A model generated the notes under the pieces. The model saw only the letters and a program-made list of their open reading frames with translations. It ran no database searches and was not told the DNA's origin. 64,000 nucleotides of DNA from assembly GCA_030704615.1 (NCBI GenBank), contig CM060732.1, positions 54,188,001-54,252,000 of the forward strand, written 5' to 3'. Position numbers and translations under genes: made by a program. Each line of letters begins with the position of its first letter. Position 1 is the first letter of the stretch. The stretch comes from Takakia lepidozioides. Taxonomy: Eukaryota > Plantae > Bryophyta. This document shows positions 14,303-34,595 of the stretch, one piece after another.

Positions 14303-17300
14303 ATGAAGACTATGAGGACCAGGACGGTGCGGACGGTGAGAACAATGCTCACTCATGAGTATCCATACCCTCACGAGCACTCGCGGCACGCGCTGCTGGC
14401 AGTGCTTGCAGTATCGCTATTCTTTATCTCGACGGACAATCTGCATATTGTTCTTCACAAGCTGGACAAGAATATAAAGTGGTGGTCCATCTACGGTTTT
14501 CTGTTGGGATTCTTTTATTTCTTCTCTTCACCTTTCCTAGGGAAGACCATTCAGCCAAGCTACTCCAACTTCAGCCGTTGGTAAATTTCTCTCCTTGATT
14601 ACTATGGCAATCTTCAAGTAGTGGGGCACTTGTTCTTGAATCTATCGATACAATTGGACTGTCACTTTCACAAATGAATCATAAAGTTAATGGCAGTGTC
14701 TTCAGAGTAATAGCTCATTAGCAATGAAGGGATAGGTTTGGATTGGTAGGTCAATTTGTGAAGTCTTCTTTGGGTGGTTTGCAGGTATGTAGGTTGGCTG
14801 CTGATTGCGGCAGTGTACCATCTGCCAAGCTTTCAGTCCATGGGGGTGGACATACGGATGAACTTGTCCCTTTTCTTGACGTTGTTCTTGGCCTCTGTGC
14901 TGGCCTTGGTGCTTTTTCATATTGGGTTTTTGGCACTTTGGTACCTGGGGCTGGCAGCTCGCCTCGCAGGACAGCGGCCTGAAATCCTCACCATTGTGCA
15001 GAACAGTACGGTGAGCATATTATTCACCTATCCCTCCTCTGTTACCAACAGTAGTCAGGCCCGTGTTTTTGTAGGTTTGAAACAGGTCTTTTCAAGGGCT
15101 GGTTTTTACTTAAATTTGGACCATTTACTTGGCCGGAAGTACAGCTGCAGGATTATACACCTGGCAGGGGTGAAGTAGCCCCAAAAGCACAGGCATATTG
15201 GGTCTTCTGGCAATTGAAGGTGTCCGAGTGTCTGGTTGTGTTTCTTGTTAAATGGTGAACCTGGATGGTTCAAAGACAGCCCAACTTCCCAAAAGTTGAT
15301 TAATGGCCTTGATTGAACTACCTATACACGGTAGTCAATTTCTTAGTCAAGTTTTGATTGATTTGTATGTGAGAAAGGCTTACCCCATGCATGTCAATTT
15401 GTATTGCATTAGCTACATTATATGCTACTGTTCAAATTCCCTGTTGGACAAGCTTCTACTCCCTGGATATGATGATGGACTATACCTCAAAACTGTTTGA
15501 GCTGAGACTTTGCTGTTGCAATACTGTGACGGTAATCCACCTGACAAAATCGTGATATGAATCAAGGCCCAAAGCAACAAGATTGTAAACGGGACATTTG
15601 GACGGGTGCAGGTCCTGAGCATCGCTTGTTGTGTTTTCTACAGCCACTGTGGCAACCAGGCGCCTGTTCGGGCTCCCTCATTTGGGCGGCCATGGTCTCG
15701 TAACCTACTTTTTGAGGACCTGCCCAAGTACATGACGGGGTGGTTTGCAGGGTGGCAGAATATGCATCAAGTGAAGGAGCAAGTGTGCACTAATTGGTTA
15801 GGCCCTGTTGGGTCTGCACAAGATTACCCAGTCTTCTCCAAGTGGGTTCTCTATGGAGAGGTTTGCAGTCTCCTTTAGAAAGTTCTTGCTGACTCATATT
15901 GCAGCAGCTGCTGTAGCCTTGCTGTGAGCTATGGATGTCATTTGGTGTATGGTGTTTTGCAATTTGGTATTTGATGAGTATGATGAGAGCATGGCTCTGC
16001 CAATGGTTGACTGTGTCTGGATCTTTGGTACATGCAGCTGGTGTGTCATGAGGCATGTGTGGGACCATCTGACAACATCTCTCCTGTTTACTCCTTGTGG
16101 GCGACATTTATAGGCCTCTATATTGCCAATTATGTGGTGGAGCGGTCAACCGGGTACGTCAGCCTTTACTTCTGTCTTGTCTGTAAAGGCACCAAAGTGA
16201 ATCGTAATTTATGGGCATAGTGGATGGGGTGAACAGGTGGGCCTTAACACACCCTCAATCAACTTCCAATGGGGCGCAGCGTAACACAATTACAACGCCG
16301 GAGTTTTTGGATATGGTGCCCTGGTACTCAGGGTGTGTACACAAACCTATGCTTACTGTAACCCTTAGAGAGCAGCCTAGGTACTCATGGTCGGAGACTG
16401 CATGGGGGGGCTTGCCTGGGTCAGGACTTCGGCTGATTTGTTCAAGACAGCATTTGATTTGTTGGTTTCTGTCACACTCTTTCTAGGCCGCTTCGACATG
16501 CGAACTATGCAGGTACCTGCACAACTCACATCCTTTCACTCATCGCTCTTGTTTGTGATATTTGGCTTCTGGCCTTTCTGTAGATGACAACCGGGTTTGG
16601 GGAGGTAGCTGACTTGGCACATGGTGCTGGAGCAGGCAGCAATGACACAGGCACAACAGCATGGGAAGCAGGAAGGACTGCTGTATGAACATCTGAGCCA
16701 GCTGAAAGAGTTGTGGTTTGACTTCATGGCGGATACTGGTGATGGTGGTAATTCAACTTATAGCATTGCTCGATTGCTTGCGCAACCTTCTCTTCCTGTT
16801 GCAGATGAAAAACACCACGAGTATGACTTGCCCCGTAGCAAGCTTCTGCTTGTTGGCGGTGACCTTGCGTAAATGTCTCACCATTCTCTGTTAATTATGT
16901 AATGGCAGGTGTATTGCTGTGTTGTGCCTAGAAAGGAGATTGACAATTCATCTTATGTTGGGTTTTAGAGGTATGTTCTGAGGGCAGGGGCAGTCTGTAG
17001 AAATCCTTACAATAACACTAAAGCAGTGACTGCTATCTGAGTATCTAGAACAACATGTAGTTGTACCTTCATTTTTCTTTCCATGTTGTGGAACAGGTAT
17101 CCAAATCCGTCGACTTTTTCATATGAACAGCGTCTGTTTCGACCGTTTGAATATGCATTGCAGCCGCCAGCCTGGTACAAGCCACAGCACATTGCAGTCA
17201 GGAAACCAGAGCTTCCTGAAGGGGTGGATTCGCTTGAGCACTTTGATGCACCTCAATGCTTTGCTATACCTGGAAACCATGGTTTGCTCCCCATCCCTCA

Positions 17301-20300
17301 TTATGGATGGTAGTCTTTCAGCCCTTACTGTATAAGACAGTCTTGGGAACCCTTTTGTGTGGGGTAGTGTGTGTATTTGTGGTTGTGATGAGTATAATTG
17401 CATTTTAGCATTGTGCATTGAGCGATCCGAATGCACCTAGGAAATGGTTTGGCCGGGCAAATTTATCGAGGATGGCTTAGGAGCTCTGTTGGGGGGTGGG
17501 AATTGTGTTTCGCACATTGGGAGATCTGCAACCCCCCACGTCTTCACGCCAGGCACCATAGGAGTCATGGAATTTTCATCTCCTTTCTGACTCTCAATCT
17601 TCAAGCTGTGGAATCATCAGAATCCCTGTGTCAGAATTGGAGGTCACATGTATGTGTCAAAGGGATGGCCAAGTGTTAAGGAGAATGAAATGGTGTGTGC
17701 AGACTGGTTTGATGGGCTCGACACTTTTATGAGGTACATTTGTCACAGGAGTTGGCTGGGGGGGTGGCTGCTACCCCAACAGAAAAGCTACTTTGCATTG
17801 CAACTCCCACATGGTTGGTGGGTCTTTGGTCTTGATCAAGCACTTCATGGTGACATTGACATATTCCAGTTCAAGTACTTTTCAGAAATTGCTAAAGAGA
17901 AGGTGACTCATTTTTTTCTATTTGCTTGGTGAATAAAGCTGCAAGGGCCTTTGTGAATGGCAGATTCGTTTGAGTTGTGAATAGTAGATGAATGTAGGTA
18001 CTGATGGGCTTGGTGTTGATGTCTGGTAACTCCTTCAAATGTTACTCATATACTTTTGTCCACCTAGATATTAGTATGCACTGTGCCACTCTTTTTTTCC
18101 CTGAGCTTGGGTGGCCTAATCACAAGACCTATTGAAGGTTTGAATGATCTGGGCAAAAGGACCAGTAATGCTCAGGTTCGTAAGTGGTGGGGGAGGGTGG
18201 GGACAGGTAGGGGAGAATGACTTGGTGATAGTGATGACCCATGAGCCAAACTGGCTACTGGACTGGTATTGGGGCAGCGGGACGGGCAGAAATGTTTCCC
18301 ATTTGATTCAGGAGCACCTCAAGGGGCGCTGCCGCCTTCGTCTTGCAGGTGACCTGCACCACTACATGCGGCACTCTGTGCTGCCCAACACAGCTGCTTG
18401 TGTGGAGCATCTCGTGGTGAATGGCTCAGGTGGTGCCTTTCTCCATCCCACTCATGTCTTCGCAGGCTTCCGTCAATTTCAAGGTGGTTCCTATGAGAAC
18501 CTGGCTGCCTACCCCAGCATGCGGGACTCTCAAAGGGTACTTTCTGAAACATGCTCTCCTGGTTTACATCTGTTTGTAGACTTGTGAGGTTTATACTTCA
18601 CATTTTGTTCTTGGATTTGGTTTAGCTGATGCATTCTGGTCTGGGAGCTTTTGCAGATTGCATGGGGGAACATCTTAAAATTTCGGAAGAAGAATTGGCG
18701 ATTTGATGTCATTGGGGGTTTGGTGTATTTTATTCTGGTGTTTTCAATGTTTCCACAGGTAAGAGCATGAGTATGTGCGTGGTGTTCCATGTTGTATGGA
18801 TGTCGGTTATTTGAACTCAATAACATGTTCTGAAGTCACCCCTCTATTTTCTTAATATGCTGACCCTGTCTATGCCTATGCACTAGGTGGTAGGCCTCTG
18901 CTGAAACTGGGGTTGTGGCTAGTGTGGTGATGAATTTGGTCTTTTGAGTGGATCCTGATTTGCGGGTGGGATCACAGTGTGACTTGCGGAAGGTCCTCCA
19001 AGATGATACAATGGGGGGCCATATGAGGGAGTTTGCTGCCACCATGGGCCGGGCTTTTATTCAGATGCTTGAGCACAGTTACGTGTCAGTGGCAGGGACA
19101 CTGGGTCTCCTTCTTTTGTCTGTTTTATTTGTGCCGGTCAAAGTGTCAAGGCGCAAACGTGTTGTCATTGGCCTGCTGCATGTTTGTGCACATCTCACAG
19201 CAGCCACCGTTCTCATGCTTCTGCTCGAAATTGGTCTGGAGACTTGCGTGCGCCATCACCTTCTTGGCACTTCGGGTACTTATCTTCCTCCCTAGTTCCA
19301 GGTTGTCTTCGTTGTCAACTCCTCGCTACTGCCTTGTTTCTTGTTAAGTTGTGGGGATGCTTCTGTGGTAGGAATGCCAAGCAAAGTTAAGACCTATTTG
19401 CAGCTTTTGAGTTGGTGGAAGTGAAGCTCATCTGTGGTTGTTCCAGGCTTCCCTTCTAAGCAGGTAGACATGTTGCAGTTTAAGTGACTCCGAATTTCTG
19501 GATCTTATGGGAAGGGGCACTAGAAATTGGTGGTAAATAATCACTAACCAGATTGGTAAGAATCCTGCTTTGTGGAAGCTGTCTCCTAACAGTGTGAGGC
19601 AAGTGCCGTATTTGCAGGGTATCACTCTCTCTACGACTGGTACCACTCAAAGGAAGGCGAGCATTTCCCAGATCCAACTGGCTTGAGAGCTCGTATTGAA
19701 GTTTGGACACTTGGACTTTACCCCGCTTGCATCAAGTATCTGATGGCTGCTTTTGATGTGCCAGAGGTAAATATACAGGCAGCCTGGTCTTTCTTCACTT
19801 GAGAGTGCTGTTCTACTGTACATTGACACCCGATGCCCGCATTCTATACTTGCTTTTTTGTGATGCCAACAGTATTAAAAAGAGATGCCGAAGTAGCCTG
19901 GGGAGCTCTACTAGCATTGGTGACCAAGGGTCACCATGAGGGCCTAAGCAAGGTTGATGGTGTTTGGGGCTTTGTCATTGAAGCAGAGGCAGTGCAATAT
20001 TTACGATTGTGTTGGCAATCATCGGATGGCAGGTAATGGCTGTGACAAGAAGCAAGATCTGCAAAACTGGGATGAGTTCTCTACCTCGAGGTTTTGTGCT
20101 GGCATATTACTCCTCTGTGTTCTTGTACTACTGGGTTTTCTCCACACCTGTGGTATCATTGGTGTTTGGGAGCTACTTATATGTATCCATCAACTGGTTC
20201 CATCTGCACTTCGACGAGGCATTTTCCTCCCTGCGCATAGCAAACTACAAGTCATTTTCCCGGTGCCATATTACACCAACTGGGGATCTGCACATGTACA

Positions 20301-21228
20301 CTCTGGCAATTGATAAGGTATATTCTTAATGAATCCTTGATCTGAAGGAAGAAGGTATCCACTTCCGAAACAGAATGCAGTAGCCCTTTGGGGTGAAGAG
20401 ACATCATAAGTTATGCTCCCCCCCCAAAGGAAGTTGTTCCTGTTTCCTCACTTTGATCTCTCAAGTTTTTGTGAAGCAGGTTACATGTTAGTGCTTGTGT
20501 TGGTTGTTATTGATCGCAGAATGTGATATTATAAGTTCCATGTCCAAGCTGTCAAGAGCACACCATTGATGTGGGAGGGAGGGAGGGAGGGAGGACTTTG
20601 TTTGCCATAGACTTGTGGCACCCCGTGCCCAGTTTGGGCAGAGCGAACGAGAGACAGAGAGACACTAAATCTATTGGTTTGGGGAGTGATGTAGGTGCCC
20701 AAGGAGTGGGCACTCGATCCACATTGGGAGGTGGAGCAAGCATTTCAGCCAGAGTTGGCTTCGCATGAGCGTGACTACCCCAGCCAGTGGACGCCTGTGG
20801 GACTTTACCGCGATCGAAACTGCAATGTCCGGATCATCGACCACTTCGTGATCGAAAAGCGCACCTGTAAAGGGGGCGATGTTGGAGTAAATGTTCAAGA
20901 CTGTGATGCCAAGAAGGAAGATAGTGAAGTAAATACTGGAGACTCTAGTGGTAGCAAGGAATTTCCAGAGGTTGAGTCCATCGTAGCTCCTATTGTAGCG
21001 AGTTTGCCGAATATGAAAGCAGCTGATCACAAAGAAGCTGACTGTGAGGCAGTACTCTGTAATGGTAGTGATACTGGTGTTGTAGATCCTGAGGATGGCA
21101 TGACAGCTTGCGGGGAAGGCATTTCAATAGCAAATGTTTGGTGCTGTGATGGGTCTGAAAATGGAGATGCAGAAGTAAATGGAAGCTCTGAGAGTTGTCT
21201 GAACTCGAGCTCCGAGCCTTCCAGCTGA
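14303..21228 (+). CDS. Membrane-associated calcineurin-like metallophosphoesterase (conserved plant family), ~1122 aa, 15 exons: 14303-14580, 14785-15010, 15612-15860, 16038-16153, 16237-16332, 16425-16512, 16636-16868, 17097-17281, 17703-17902, 18207-18536, 18657-18758, 18978-19275, 19618-19766, 20033-20317, 20695-21228
   Basis: Metallophosphoesterase motifs DFMADTGDGG, GGDLAYP, IPGNHDWFDG, MTHEP, AGDLHHY, GGAFLHPTH; N-terminal YPYPHEHSRHA and hydrophobic segments. All introns GT-AG; exon total 3369 nt, in frame. Start codon slightly uncertain. Confidence 0.9.
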
Positions 21229-21775
21229 AATTTTGCTGGTGGCATCAAAGACGAGTTTCCCTCTTCCATCTAGCCCTACCACACCAGGTCAGTTCTTTTC
21301 ATGGTTGTCGAGCGCAGTTGATGTGTGTAATTAGGCTGTTAGTGCTGTCAGAGCTTTTTGTGGCAGGATGCCGATAATTTGCTCATAAACATTTTGTGAG
21401 CTTTGTCAAATGTGCAAAGATAGACACCCACCTCTCCTTTCACGGCCAGATCTGTTTGCATGTTGGGGAACTTCTGAGGATTATCTGTCGCAAGTCTACT
21501 GACCTTCCAACAAGTAGTGGGCATTCTCCTGCCAGAAATTGCAACCTAGTTTATGATGCGCGACTCAAAGTTGTTCGCGGGCCGGTTCTTCGTTGGGGCT
21601 CTTTCAATTGTGAGCCATGAGGCATATAGCATCAAACATTTTCATCCCAAACGCTATTGAACATCCAAGTACACAGTTTGCATCTCAAAACACACCGCTG
21701 CGAGTCTAAACTCTCCTTGATTAAATAAGTGTGTGTGGCTAATCTTAGTGGCCACGGGCTTTTCCCTTATTGGCC

Positions 21776-21940
21776 ACTCAAAGCCACACGTCATCTCCAG
21801 CCTGTCTTGTCCTACGACCTCACAGCCACACGTCAGCTCCAGCCTGACTTACCATAGGACCTCAAAGCCACACATCAGCTCCACCCTGTCTTCTCATAGG
21901 ACCTCAAAGCCACACGTCAGCTCCAGCCTGTTTTATCATA
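21776..21940 (+). repeat. Tandem ~39-bp repeat (about 4 units, core CTCAAAGCCACACGTCAGCTCCAGCCTG)
   Basis: Directly visible repeated units. Confidence 0.8.
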
Positions 21941-24654
21941 TTACTGTTTTTTTTTTTAATTTAAATTTAAAAGGCAACACCGGGATTATTCCACTCCTCT
22001 GCGGTAGGTGCTAGTGTAAGGGGATGTTAGCCTGGCAAAGCGTGCCTGGGAGGAAAGAAGGATCTACACGACGAGGAGCCAAGATATCACACTACATCAC
22101 AAGTTCATCCAGCACCGTCACACCTTCGTACACAAGTTAAACACACTGAAAGTACACCGGTCCCTTAGGCTTCCAGGTGATCCCTTAAATAAAGCCAAGA
22201 GGCTAATCTTATTAGACAGAGTGGCCACTTGTGATTGGCCAAGCGGATTATGTCCAGGTACTCAACCAGATAGGATGCCACGTCGTTACTGCTTTAGGAT
22301 AAGCTAGCTGTTTAGTATAAGACAGCTTAGTCTAATAATAGATCTGCCAGCTGTCTTCATCCTTGCTTTCCTAACGATCATCCACCCATTGATATCATCC
22401 GACTACATTCATCCTAAGGAGAATATATAGGAAGACAGAATCTGGCCATCACATATGTAAAGCCTCCTGGCACGCATAAGAGCGAGCTCCAGTGAGCTGA
22501 AGCAAGCACAAAGCCCATAGTGAGCATAACAAAGGTCCAAGAATTTACAGGGATGGGATGAAAAAACCTCTGAAGAGAAAACCTTGCTCTGCAAGTGTGA
22601 GCAAAGGACAAAACTCCTAAGGGGAAAAACCCCACCCCTTGGTGTGTAAATCCAAGGAAGAAAAACTAAGTAGTGAGCCAATGTCAAAGGCAAAGACCAA
22701 TCCAATCAAAATGTCACTACATCGCTACAAGAACTAGTCTCATGCAGAAGTAGAAGCAGCCTCCAGGCGAGCTCGTTTCCTCGGAGTCAAAACCACATGC
22801 CGGTTATCGACATTAAGGCAAGTCAGATCAAACTGAAGCTTAGAAGGCACCAGCTGAGAGACATGAACGGTGCTATTGATTTCTACGGTCGAAGGATGCT
22901 GAGGAAGAAGTCGATACTGCCTGCCAGGTAAGATGGCATGAATGAGATAAGGACCATCGATGTACATCTTGGACTTAGTGACCTGCTTGCCTGGCTGCAA
23001 CCTCACACAAACGTCAGTCTATCCCCACTCCTCGGTTAAGGCCCCATTTTTCTCAAGTAACTGGCACATAGTCTTGTTGAACTTTTCAGTGAGCCCATTG
23101 CATTGGGGGTTGTAAGGAGATGTCAAGCGATGCTAGACATCCAGATTGAAGCACATAACCTCCATCAACTGGTTACAAAATTCCTTAGCGACCTCATCAC
23201 TATCCTTAGCGACCAAAGCTCGAATCTCAACCCACTTTGTGTTTCCATTGTGTGTTCACTTCCATTATCACTACAAGAAGATCTCCTTATGCTTGTGAGT
23301 GCGGAGTGTAAGGGTTAGCTTAGCACTTGTGTGTTGGAGAGAGCTTGGTAGAGAGCTCTTGTGTTCCAAGGTGTTGCAGGTGTTGCAAAGGAAAATCCTT
23401 GTGGCGTGGAGAACATGGATGTTAGGGTTTGAGAAGCATAACTTTGCTCTATAGAGGTGAAGAGCTTTTGAAAAGAGCTCTTGCATCACAAGAGAAGGGT
23501 CTTGTGTGTGGAGAAGATAAACATTAGGGTTTCAAGAGCAAGCTCTAGTACTTGCTCATGGTGTGAAAGAGAAGCCAAAGAGCGGCACATGCTTGGGTTG
23601 GAAACACCATAGGAGGAGTACAACAAGGGTAGCTTGAGGAGCGTTGAGTAGCTCAAGAGAAGCTAAGAAGTGGTTGTTCTATCCATGGTGAAATGAAGCC
23701 AAGTAGGGTTTCATTTGGTTGACAAACAAACAAGCGAAGGCGGCGCTAGAAGGGAGTGATTTTGCTAGTTCTATGAGTTCTTGGATTGCTCTTGGTCAAA
23801 CAAATGATTGACCAAGCAAGTGGCGCATGTGTGGAGCATGCTTTCCAAGTGTGGCTTCCATTCAAGCTTGAGGAGAGCTAGAAGGTGAAGTGAGCAAGTT
23901 CATTCCTTGTGTATGAGGTGGTGCATGTTGTGGAAGAAAAGCCAAGGAGCTACATAGGCTAGGGCTTGAAAACAACAAAAGCAACCACTTGGAAAGCATC
24001 AAGGCTCAAGATGACTCCAAAGGGAAGCATGTGGGTGAGAATTCTATCCATGATGATGTGAAACCAAGCCTAGAGTATTGAAGAGCTTGGAACACATGTG
24101 GGAGATCATTGGAGGTGGTCTTCATGAAGAAATGAGATTGTGGCTCACGGCATGGATAGCAACTTCAACCATACATTAGCATGTGACAAGACAAGGAAGG
24201 GGAAGGTGGAGCTCATGTATTCATTCCCTTTTTGCTTAAGTTTTGTGGTGGATGGTTGATCAAGCAAGTGATGCTTATATGGAGCATGCTCTTTAGGGCT
24301 TGTGACTTCAAGTTTGAGAAGATGAGCTCTTGAATAGAGGTGTGGATACACATTATGACATGAATGAAGAGAACATCTAGGTCAAGAGGTGGAGTGTGTG
24401 TGACTAGCCCATGCAAGGGAAAGCACATGAAAGATGGCATACAAAATTCAAATTCAAGCAAGGCTTGGCGCTTGTCATTGGGCACATTAGCTTGCTATGA
24501 GTTCCAAGAAGATCAAGAGGAACTTGTCAATTTGGGATGAATGCATTGCAAAGTAACATAATGCAATCTTGCATGCATATTAGGGGGGAAGATACCATGA
24601 AGAAGGTGTTTCTTACTATACTCTACAAACCCTAGTCTCCATACTCTTCAAGAA

Positions 24655-24830
24655 ATTGTGTATGGGCTCCCTCTGCCCCACCATACTCTTTTGTGAACAG
24701 AGTATGGAACCCCTCTGCCCAACATACTCTTTTGTGAACAGTGTACGGGCCCCCTCTGCCCAACATACGTTTTTGTGAACAGCGTATGGGCTCCCTCTGT
24801 CCCACCATACACTTTTTTGAACAGTGTATG
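24655..24830 (+). repeat. Tandem ~42-bp repeat (4 units) in leader of element copy 1
   Basis: Units GTATGGGCTCCCTCTGCCC(C/A)AC(C/A)TACTCTTTTGTGAACA; absent from copy 2 at ~38255. Confidence 0.8.
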
Positions 24831-25782
24831 GATACAAGTGGAGAGACTTTGCCTACCATACGTTTTCATTAAAGTGTATGACATATAGGGTGTATCTGGA
24901 GGAGTATTGCCTTTGGAGGAACTTTGGGAGGTCCTTTGAGGAGCTTTTGGTAAGACACTTGAAGAGCTCTTGAAGGGGTGTTTGGAGGACTATTTGGAGG
25001 ACTATTGGGGGACCTTGAAGACCAATATTTGGCGAGCTTAAGGAGTCTTTGGCGACTTGTCTAAAGGACTTTTTGGGGTCCTTGAGGGCCAAGATTTGGC
25101 AGGCTTTGGGGGCCTTAGTGAGATTGTTTGAGAGACATCTTGAGGGCTCTTGGAGAATTATTTGAGAGACCCTAGAAGGTAGTTCTGTCTGTTGGTCATG
25201 AGCAAGAGCGTTTATAGATAGGGGGAGACTAGTGGGATGAGAGCATTCTGGGATTAGGAATTGCTTTAGTTTCTCTTCCCCGTAGTCTTCCACCCTCTAT
25301 GTAGGCCAAAAACCTTTCTGTAGGTAGAGGCAAGAGTCAGTCCGAGTTTGGGCTGGGGTGTCATTGCAAGAGCGACACTGTGGAGTTTTTTTTGGGTGTG
25401 GGGGAGTTACTGTCTTGATTTTCTTGTGTTTGGATCCCCCCACACCTGCATGCTTGACTGTGCGCCATGTCAGTTTTGTGTGAGCGCTTGTTTTCATAGG
25501 AGGTTGGTCCGGATTTGATCACCGGCCAATCCTAGAGCATGCTGTCGGTGGTGAGGCTGGGGTGATGACCAGTCAGACCATCATTGTTTCTCTTTTGGTG
25601 AGGCTAGGTTGATGACCAGCAGACCGTATGAGTGCTTGCGGTGGATGCAGGTGCAGGTTTATGTTACGAACCTAGTAGTCTAAGCCATAAGCTGCAACAG
25701 GTTCTCTACCCTGTTACCTTGTGGAAAGGGGGATTAGAGACAGGTTTACAACAGGTGTGGTTGTGAGGTTTTCATCACGGAG

Positions 25783-31739
<5,957 letters not shown>

Positions 31740-33896
31740 TGGGCATGACAATGGTGGAATTGACAAGTGATCCAAGGTCTAGCTGATGGGAGCTCAACGC
31801 CATGGATACTTAATTGAAGATCATGGATTGCAGGAAGGCGAGTAACGATGGGGCTACTTTTGCACCCGGCCTCTTGATCTATTGATTTTAGATACTGGGA
31901 CATGTGCGATTGAAGACCAAGCGATGATTTTATTGAGATGGATACTTGTCAACTATCCGGTGTTAGAGGGACCTAATCACCAGCCAGGGGGGCGATTGTG
32001 GCATAGCTTTCTAGGATTGTGTGCTTAGAATGTATGGTGGACAACGATGTATATTGTGGCACGATGCTTAGGTGCATGACAGCTGTCATGGTTTTAGTCA
32101 TAGTTAACTAGAATTACCTACTTCTAGTTAACTAGGACATTTTGGATATTTATATTTGTATTTTGTGTGTTGGGACTTCATTTGGTCTCACATGCCAAGT
32201 GAGGTGTCAAACCTCACTTGGGACACGGGGACGGGTTTTTCCCTTGTGAGTGTTGAGGAGGGCTCATCTTCTTGTAGTTGAGCCTCCATGAGCCTCTCCC
32301 ACCTCCATAGGTATTGAGAGGGAGTGTGGTGAGGGCTTTGTAGGGTGGATTCCTTTAGCAAAGGTGCCCTTTGCTTGACTTAGTTTATGTGATTGAGTGG
32401 ATTCATGAGTGGAGTGTTTCCATTGTGTGTTCACTTTCATTATCATTGTGGCATAGCTTTCTAGGATTGTGTGCTTAGAATGTATGGTGGACAGCGATGT
32501 ATATTGTGGCACGATGCTAAGGTGCACGACACGCTCAAGGCGAAACACCACCCCTAGGTAAATAAGTACATCATTAACTGTGTGCGGAAAGTGAGAAACA
32601 GGCACATGATCCTCCCAAGAGATGTCCACGTGATGCTCTAGCTTCCAGGTAGGGCGTAAGTTTGCCAAGGCCAGAGAGCTACCTCCTCGAACGAGCTCCC
32701 ACAATCTCTCAGGACTAGGACATTTGGGCGGTAGGAAACTTTCGAATTTAGTGGTGAGCTCACCCGCCACCATAAATTGAGGAATGCCCAACTCAGCCCA
32801 GCTCAACTTTCCACCAGCAGCCAACCTAGTTTTTGCAACAGCCAGGGGGAGTTTGAGCCCAATCTCTGTAGCATATAAAAGTTGCAAGATTTTGGCCGCT
32901 CGTGCACCCTAAAAGGCTTGGATACACTTCCGCCGTTGTTCAGCCTCCTCCTCAGGGGTATTCGCAGGCTTGAGCCCTTCAAGAGCAACAGTTGACTCGA
33001 ATTGCTAGACCCAGTGGTCAGATGGCGTATCCAAAATAAGCTCAGGCCGTTCAATGGGTTGATCAAGGGGCAGGTAGTCTACTTCCACCACCAACTTAGG
33101 ATCTACAGTTCCACGAAGAACACCATCAAAGACGGCTTCAAAGTTGCCTTCCGACGTCTCCTTGTAAGCGTTGAGGTCAGACTTAGTAGAGGGGCGGGAC
33201 GAAGACGCCATTGCTGCAAAACGCACGAACACAACAAAGCAAGGAAGAGCAGCAAAACAACACAGACAAGGAAGAGACACAAAAATGCAAACTGAGAAGC
33301 GCCGCCATTGTCACCCTGTCAGTGTACAACAACCTATCGTACCCACAGCGAATGATAGAAGAATGAGTAACGAGATCTTGTAACCCGTCTCCACCAGGAT
33401 TCTGTACCACCGAGATTATTCCACTCCTCTGCGGTAGGTGCTAGTGTAAGGGGATGTTAGCCTGGCAAAGCGTGCCTGCGAGGAAGGAAGGATCTACACG
33501 ACGGGGAGCCAAGATATCACACTACATCACACGTTCATCCAGCACAGTCACACCTTCGTACACAAGTTAAACAAACTGAAAGTACACCGGTCCCTTAGGC
33601 TTCCAGGTGATCCCTTAAATAAAACCAAGGGGCTAATCTTATCAGACAGAGTGGCCATTTGTGATTGGCCAAGCGGATTATGTCTAGGTACTCAACCAGA
33701 TAGGACGCCACGTTGTTACTGCTTTAGGATAAGCTAGCTGTTTAGTTGCCTAGGATAAGCTGTTTAGTTGGCCATTAGGATAAGCTAGCTTTCCTAATGG
33801 CCATCCATCCATTGATATCATCCGACTACATTCATCCTAAGGAGAATATGTAGGAAGACAGAATCTGGCCATCACAGAGCGACAGCCCACAATTCA

Positions 33897-34080
33897 GGCC
33901 CTTGAGGAGGGGCAAGAATTAACCCCCTTTCATTTATGGGCCATGAGGCCTACAGGTTGATCAACGCCCAGACATACCGTCGCGAACAATCCCACACAGG
34001 GGGCAGGGCAGCGGGTTTGAACCCCGAATCACCAGGGCGACACACCCTACACTTACCAGCTGAGCTACCAGCCGATGTGC
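33897..34080 (-). repeat. tRNA-derived SINE-like element
   Basis: Pol III A box TAGCTCAGCTGG and B box GGTTCAAACCC at tRNA-like spacing, followed by a ~110-bp non-tRNA body shared with 9679-9850 and 34720-34891. No proper acceptor stem. Confidence 0.65.
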
Positions 34081-34085
34081 ATTAT

Positions 34086-34595
34086 TGTTGACATAGGTGT
34101 GAAGCCTGATTTCGGCGCTATAGGTTTGTTCCCCTTCCTCTACCGGACTTGACCCTATCTGGGGAATGTAGTCGGTAGAAGGGTATGGCAGAGAAGACGG
34201 AATCTTGCTAAGAGGACGCCACAGACTCAGACTTCCAACACTCAGACCTCCAACACTACAACAGATTGCGGCTTTTATGACTCCCATGGGTGCGTAGTCA
34301 TGACAGATTTGTGGCAGAAATGCCATTTGCAGTCGTAAAATGCTTTTGAAGTCATAATGCAGGTCTGGGGAAGGCGTATATGCGACTGCATGGCTCCGGA
34401 CTCTACACAACACAGGTCAAACATCTTTGACCACAAATATTGGCATGGCAGATATGACTACCAGTCACGGTCATGGCTACACTGGAATGACGTGTACATA
34501 TTGCTAGACAGACATATGACTTCATGACTCTCACTCTAATGCATTCTGCCAGATCATCACATGGATAAATCACTACATGACTGCACGTGTCGACA
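34086..34595. repeat. Possible solo-LTR-like repeat (~510 bp)
   Basis: Termini TGTTGACA...TGTCGACA (imperfect inverted, TG...CA); partial inverted copy at ~9993-10328; motif TAAAAGCCGCAATCTGTTG recurs at ~61388. No TSD found. Confidence 0.4.

Noticed and set aside
21776-24830. 39-bp and 42-bp periodic repeats as CRISPR-like arrays
   Set aside because: Head-to-tail tandem units without unique spacers, in a eukaryotic context with no cas genes.
34005-34080. tRNA gene
   Set aside because: A and B boxes are present, but there is no convincing acceptor or anticodon stem and it continues into a repeated non-tRNA body; called SINE-like instead.
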